52,563 nucleotides of DNA from Planctomycetota bacterium (GTDB taxonomy: Bacteria; Planctomycetota; Planctomycetia; JALXBF01), in assembly GCA_026991575.1 (NCBI GenBank), contig JALXBF010000115.1:1-52563 (forward strand). Direction: 5' to 3'. The notes below the pieces were generated by a model. The model saw nothing but the letters and a program-made list of their open reading frames with translations. It made no database searches and was not told where the DNA came from. The position numbers and the translations under genes are program-made. Of the stretch, positions 49,574-52,563 are shown piece by piece. Position 1 is the first letter of the stretch; each line of letters starts with the position of its first letter.

Positions 49574-50605
49574 ATGAGTGAGACCACACTTTACGGCTAC
49601 ACCTGCGAACAGTTGCAGAATCTCATCACGCGCGCCCGCAGCCTGGAAGACAACGACGCAGTCAGCGAGTTGCAGGGGCTGCTGACGAGGCTCGTGGAGA
49701 GTTTCCTCACGGGAGTTCCAGTGCCCCCCGGTCATTCCAGCGTAGAGTTCCAGAAATTCTTGGCGTTAGAGATCGTCCAAGAGCTCCTCTGCCATATCGT
49801 CTGGCCGCGGTCAGACGGTCGATACGCTTTCGACATCGGAAAAATGGACTCTGTCGACTCGCTGCGGGCGTGGGTCAGGGAGTGCGTGCGGCGGTGGCGC
49901 CGCAGGCAAGGCAGCGAGCGCCGCGTGAAACGGTTCACGGATCTGAAACGGGACGACAACGACGACGACACGGAACCGCCCAGCGTCAGTTTGGTTGATC
50001 CGAAGAGTCGACACCCGGTCGAAGCGATCGAACCGGACCCTCCGGCCCGGTACGTGTCCATCATGGGGTGCCTTTTTGATATCACCCAGTGGGCCGCGAG
50101 GCGACTGGCCAGCAAGAAATCGCTTGCGCAGGAATGGGTTGTTCGCTATTGGTTGTACGTCCGGCTGCGCTTGTACCAGCTGCTCTGTCGCCATGAGGAG
50201 AAGACGGTACGGCGCCCCTTGATTCTCCGCCTGGCCGAACGGTACATACCGTGGGATCCAGCCGTGGAGAACGTACCGTTGGCCAGGGACTGGCCAACGC
50301 TGGGGATGTGCTGGCAAGGCTTCGCCCGCCGAGCGGAAAGGCAGGAGACCTACGCGCAAACCTGCCTCATTGAGACCGTGTACGACCATCGCGCAGCGCA
50401 GGAGCCTTTCTCGGCTACGGACGAAGAGGCGGTGAAGAGAGCGATTCGAAATCAATGGGACCAGTGGTGCAGCCGGCTGCGCCGGCACCTCAAGGAGGCA
50501 GTAAGCGGTGTCTGCCCCTGGCACGAACCGGACGATACTCAACGCCAGGCTATGGAACTCTGGCACGCCGTTGCCTTTGGGGTACCGGAACGAGCCACCG
50601 AGTGA
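49574..50605 (+). CDS. Highly divergent ECF-like sigma factor (copy 2)
   Basis: Region-2-like EIVQELL..AFD..SLRAWVRECVRRWRRR, acidic linker, and C-terminal NQWDQWCSRLRRHL resembling copy-1 AVWSRKKRYL; same module context. Confidence 0.55.
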   Translation: MSETTLYGYTCEQLQNLITRARSLEDNDAVSELQGLLTRLVESFLTGVPVPPGHSSVEFQKFLALEIVQELLCHIVWPRSDGRYAFDIGKMDSVDSLRAWVRECVRRWRRRQGSERRVKRFTDLKRDDNDDDTEPPSVSLVDPKSRHPVEAIEPDPPARYVSIMGCLFDITQWAARRLASKKSLAQEWVVRYWLYVRLRLYQLLCRHEEKTVRRPLILRLAERYIPWDPAVENVPLARDWPTLGMCWQGFARRAERQETYAQTCLIETVYDHRAAQEPFSATDEEAVKRAIRNQWDQWCSRLRRHLKEAVSGVCPWHEPDDTQRQAMELWHAVAFGVPERATE

Positions 50606-50958
50606 GTCGTAAAACGTTGAAGATGCCCCGGGGCGGTCTCAGCCGCGTTGCGCTTCCGTGTCAACAGCACTCGGCCCGGAAGGGTCAGAGCCGGTGGCAA
50701 CGATTGGACACCGCCTCTGCGGGTGGCCAGCATGGTTGGGAACCCGCCAGGAGGACCGGCGAGCGGTGTCGCATGAGGCCGTGGTCACGCTGAGGCGTCG
50801 AGTGGGAGCACGGCTGATGCGTCAGAAAACGCCGCGCTCTGCCCTATGAGGATGGAGAGGTGTACTGCCGGGCCTGCCCCGGCCTCTTCACGGTTCGGAA
50901 GGAGCCGGCCAAGTGTTATCAGACGTGGAAGGATCGTTACAGAGCGGAGCGACACAAG

Positions 50959-52140
50959 ATGGCTTCAATGAGAGTCGAGGCACAGCTGGCACGCCTGCAC
51001 AGCGAGTTCAACGTAGTCCTGCCCGATCCGGCCCGTTTGCTGCGCTGCTGGATCACAGAGTTCACGGAACTGTTGCCCAGGTTGCCCGAAGCGCTTGATG
51101 GGGACGATCCCACAGTTGCGCGGCGGCTGCTTACGTCCTGGGCTCGTCTCATGCGTGCCAAGCCCGCGCTTGTTGCGGCGGCTGCCGGCAGGCCACCTGA
51201 GCCAGGCGGGGGGGTGGCAGAGCAACTCGGGCTTCCGGAGCTGGCCGCGTGGGAGAGGCGTCTGCGAGATGAGCACATGGCGGCACTCGTTGAGAGGGCG
51301 AAGGCCACGGCCAACCCGAAGGCCTGGTCGGAGAGGCTCCAGGTGCTTCGCCGCGCCGTGGATGCGGCCGAGGAACCTGAGGACCTGCCGGATCGTACCG
51401 TCGAGCTTCTCAACGATCTGGACGAGCAGGAACTCCTCGACGCCTGCGCCGTGTACGCAGGCAGAACCGACCTGTCCTCGGAGGCGCTACTCGGTGTGCT
51501 CCGGGCTGCGGTGTGCGCGGAGGTTGACCTGTTCCTGCCGGCACGCGAGTACGTTCTTGAGGTCGCCCAAACACTACCGGGTGAACCCACGCACGCGGCG
51601 TTCGCTCCAACGTACTCGAAGTTCGAAGCGATCCTGGACGAGATTCTGGCAGCTGAACTGTTCGCCGAGGGACCGGCCGCGCCATCCTGGTTCCGAACCG
51701 AGCAACTCTTGGCCGAGACCATGCTGATCGGGATTGTCGCCGCCCTGCTGGAAGCGTATCGAGCCCAGCGGCCGGCGGTCCTGGCCGCTGCTGGTGAAGC
51801 CGAACGCGAAGAGTACCGCTCGGCACTCTGGCTCAGCCCTGATAAGCGGTTTGTGGCGCAACTGAGATGGGCACCTGCGGATGCGGCGCGACGCAAGCTG
51901 CCGATCCTCTTTCGCCACGCCTCGATGGTCCAGCGGCAAGTAGTACCGACAGATGCTGCCAGTGAGCTGGCGGGTGCCCGCGTTGAGTTCGCCGGTGCGA
52001 CGGCCGTCATCGACGAGCAGGCGACGGCCTGGTTTGACGTGGATGCGCTTGCGCCGGTCGAGAAAGAGCGAAGCTGGCAACTTGCCCGGCTGGTCGTGCG
52101 CCGCAACGGAACGACAGAGACGTGGACTTTGACCAAGTAG
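50959..52140 (+). CDS. Uncharacterised protein, putative anti-sigma factor/protease substrate (copy 2)
   Basis: Long ORF. C-terminal LAAAG..LWLSPDKRF..ILFRH..ASELAGARVEFAG..IDEQ..F matches the C-terminus of 19585-20757. Confidence 0.6.
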   Translation: MASMRVEAQLARLHSEFNVVLPDPARLLRCWITEFTELLPRLPEALDGDDPTVARRLLTSWARLMRAKPALVAAAAGRPPEPGGGVAEQLGLPELAAWERRLRDEHMAALVERAKATANPKAWSERLQVLRRAVDAAEEPEDLPDRTVELLNDLDEQELLDACAVYAGRTDLSSEALLGVLRAAVCAEVDLFLPAREYVLEVAQTLPGEPTHAAFAPTYSKFEAILDEILAAELFAEGPAAPSWFRTEQLLAETMLIGIVAALLEAYRAQRPAVLAAAGEAEREEYRSALWLSPDKRFVAQLRWAPADAARRKLPILFRHASMVQRQVVPTDAASELAGARVEFAGATAVIDEQATAWFDVDALAPVEKERSWQLARLVVRRNGTTETWTLTK

Positions 52141-52215
52141 CCGACAGTGTCCGGAGCGCCGCGCTATGAGAGGCCAGTTCAGCTTCTGGGTTTAGAAGCT
52201 TCGGGGGGAGAGCCC

Positions 52216-52563
52216 CACGGCTGACGCACTTCAAATCGTGGGCAGGGAGCCCGTACAGAGCAGTTCTAGCAGATCGTTCGGGTTGGACGCGAGTCGCAAG
52301 CGAACGGAGTCAATGCTTTCCTCGGGACCGATTGCACCTCGGAGTAAGGACAACGCTAATCGGTTTACCAATGCCATATTCTGTGCCGACACGAGATGCC
52401 GAATGCGCATCTGGTCCTCGCGAAATGAAACATCCGAAACCCAGTGCAGCTGGTTCTCGATCGACCAGTGGTTTCGAATCACCTTCGCATGGAGCTCAGC
52501 ATCCGGCTCGGCGCTGGATACGTAGTAACGTACCTGCTCTGTCCTACGCCCAGACGACAGATG
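52216..52563 (-). mobile_element. ISAs1 family insertion sequence, 3' end (transposase C-terminus 52231->52563; probable terminal inverted repeat 52216-52228)
   Basis: RYYVSS..IRNHWSIENQLHWVSDVSFREDQMRIR signature of ISAs1 transposases. CACGGCTGACGCA just past the stop resembles ISAs1-type ends. Confidence 0.88.

Noticed and set aside
50937..52136. 399-aa minus-strand ORF and similar long shadow ORFs (46177-47322, 28797-29870, 6234-7199, 9776-10693)
   Set aside because: They are antisense to well-supported genes and have no recognisable motifs; this is typical of high-GC DNA.
1..52563. CRISPR array or cas genes accompanying the CARF proteins
   Set aside because: No regularly spaced direct repeats were seen in any intergenic region, and no Cas motifs in the ORFs (inspection by eye only).

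Overview
High-GC bacterial chromosomal segment, most likely from a Planctomycetota (PVC) genome. This is inferred from the DUF1552, PVC-type CxxCH dehydrogenase, sulfatase, HEAT-repeat and FG-GAP/esterase genes. Housekeeping content: a truncated single-barrel MetE-like methionine synthase, metF, an FKBP PPIase, an aroF-smpB-ssrA (tmRNA) cluster, tRNA-Asn(GTT), a split YbhG/F/S/R-like ABC exporter, tupBC-like genes, a GT4 and a partial ISAs1 transposase. The main find is two paralogous three-gene modules, at 18152-21803 (minus) and 48005-52140 (plus). Each encodes (i) an ATPase-less Lon-type Ser-Lys protease fused to a single C-terminal CARF-like domain, (ii) a divergent ECF-like sigma factor and (iii) an uncharacterised partner with an Ala-Ala-Ala linker before a conserved C-terminal domain. 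The layout parallels the CalpL-CalpT-CalpS cyclic-oligoadenylate cascade but uses CARF instead of SAVED, and no cas genes, cyclase or CRISPR array are visible in the window. A second clear find is an unannotated Trp/Phe/Tyr-rich leader-peptide attenuator upstream of aroF. All calls were made by eye from motifs; no database searches were run.
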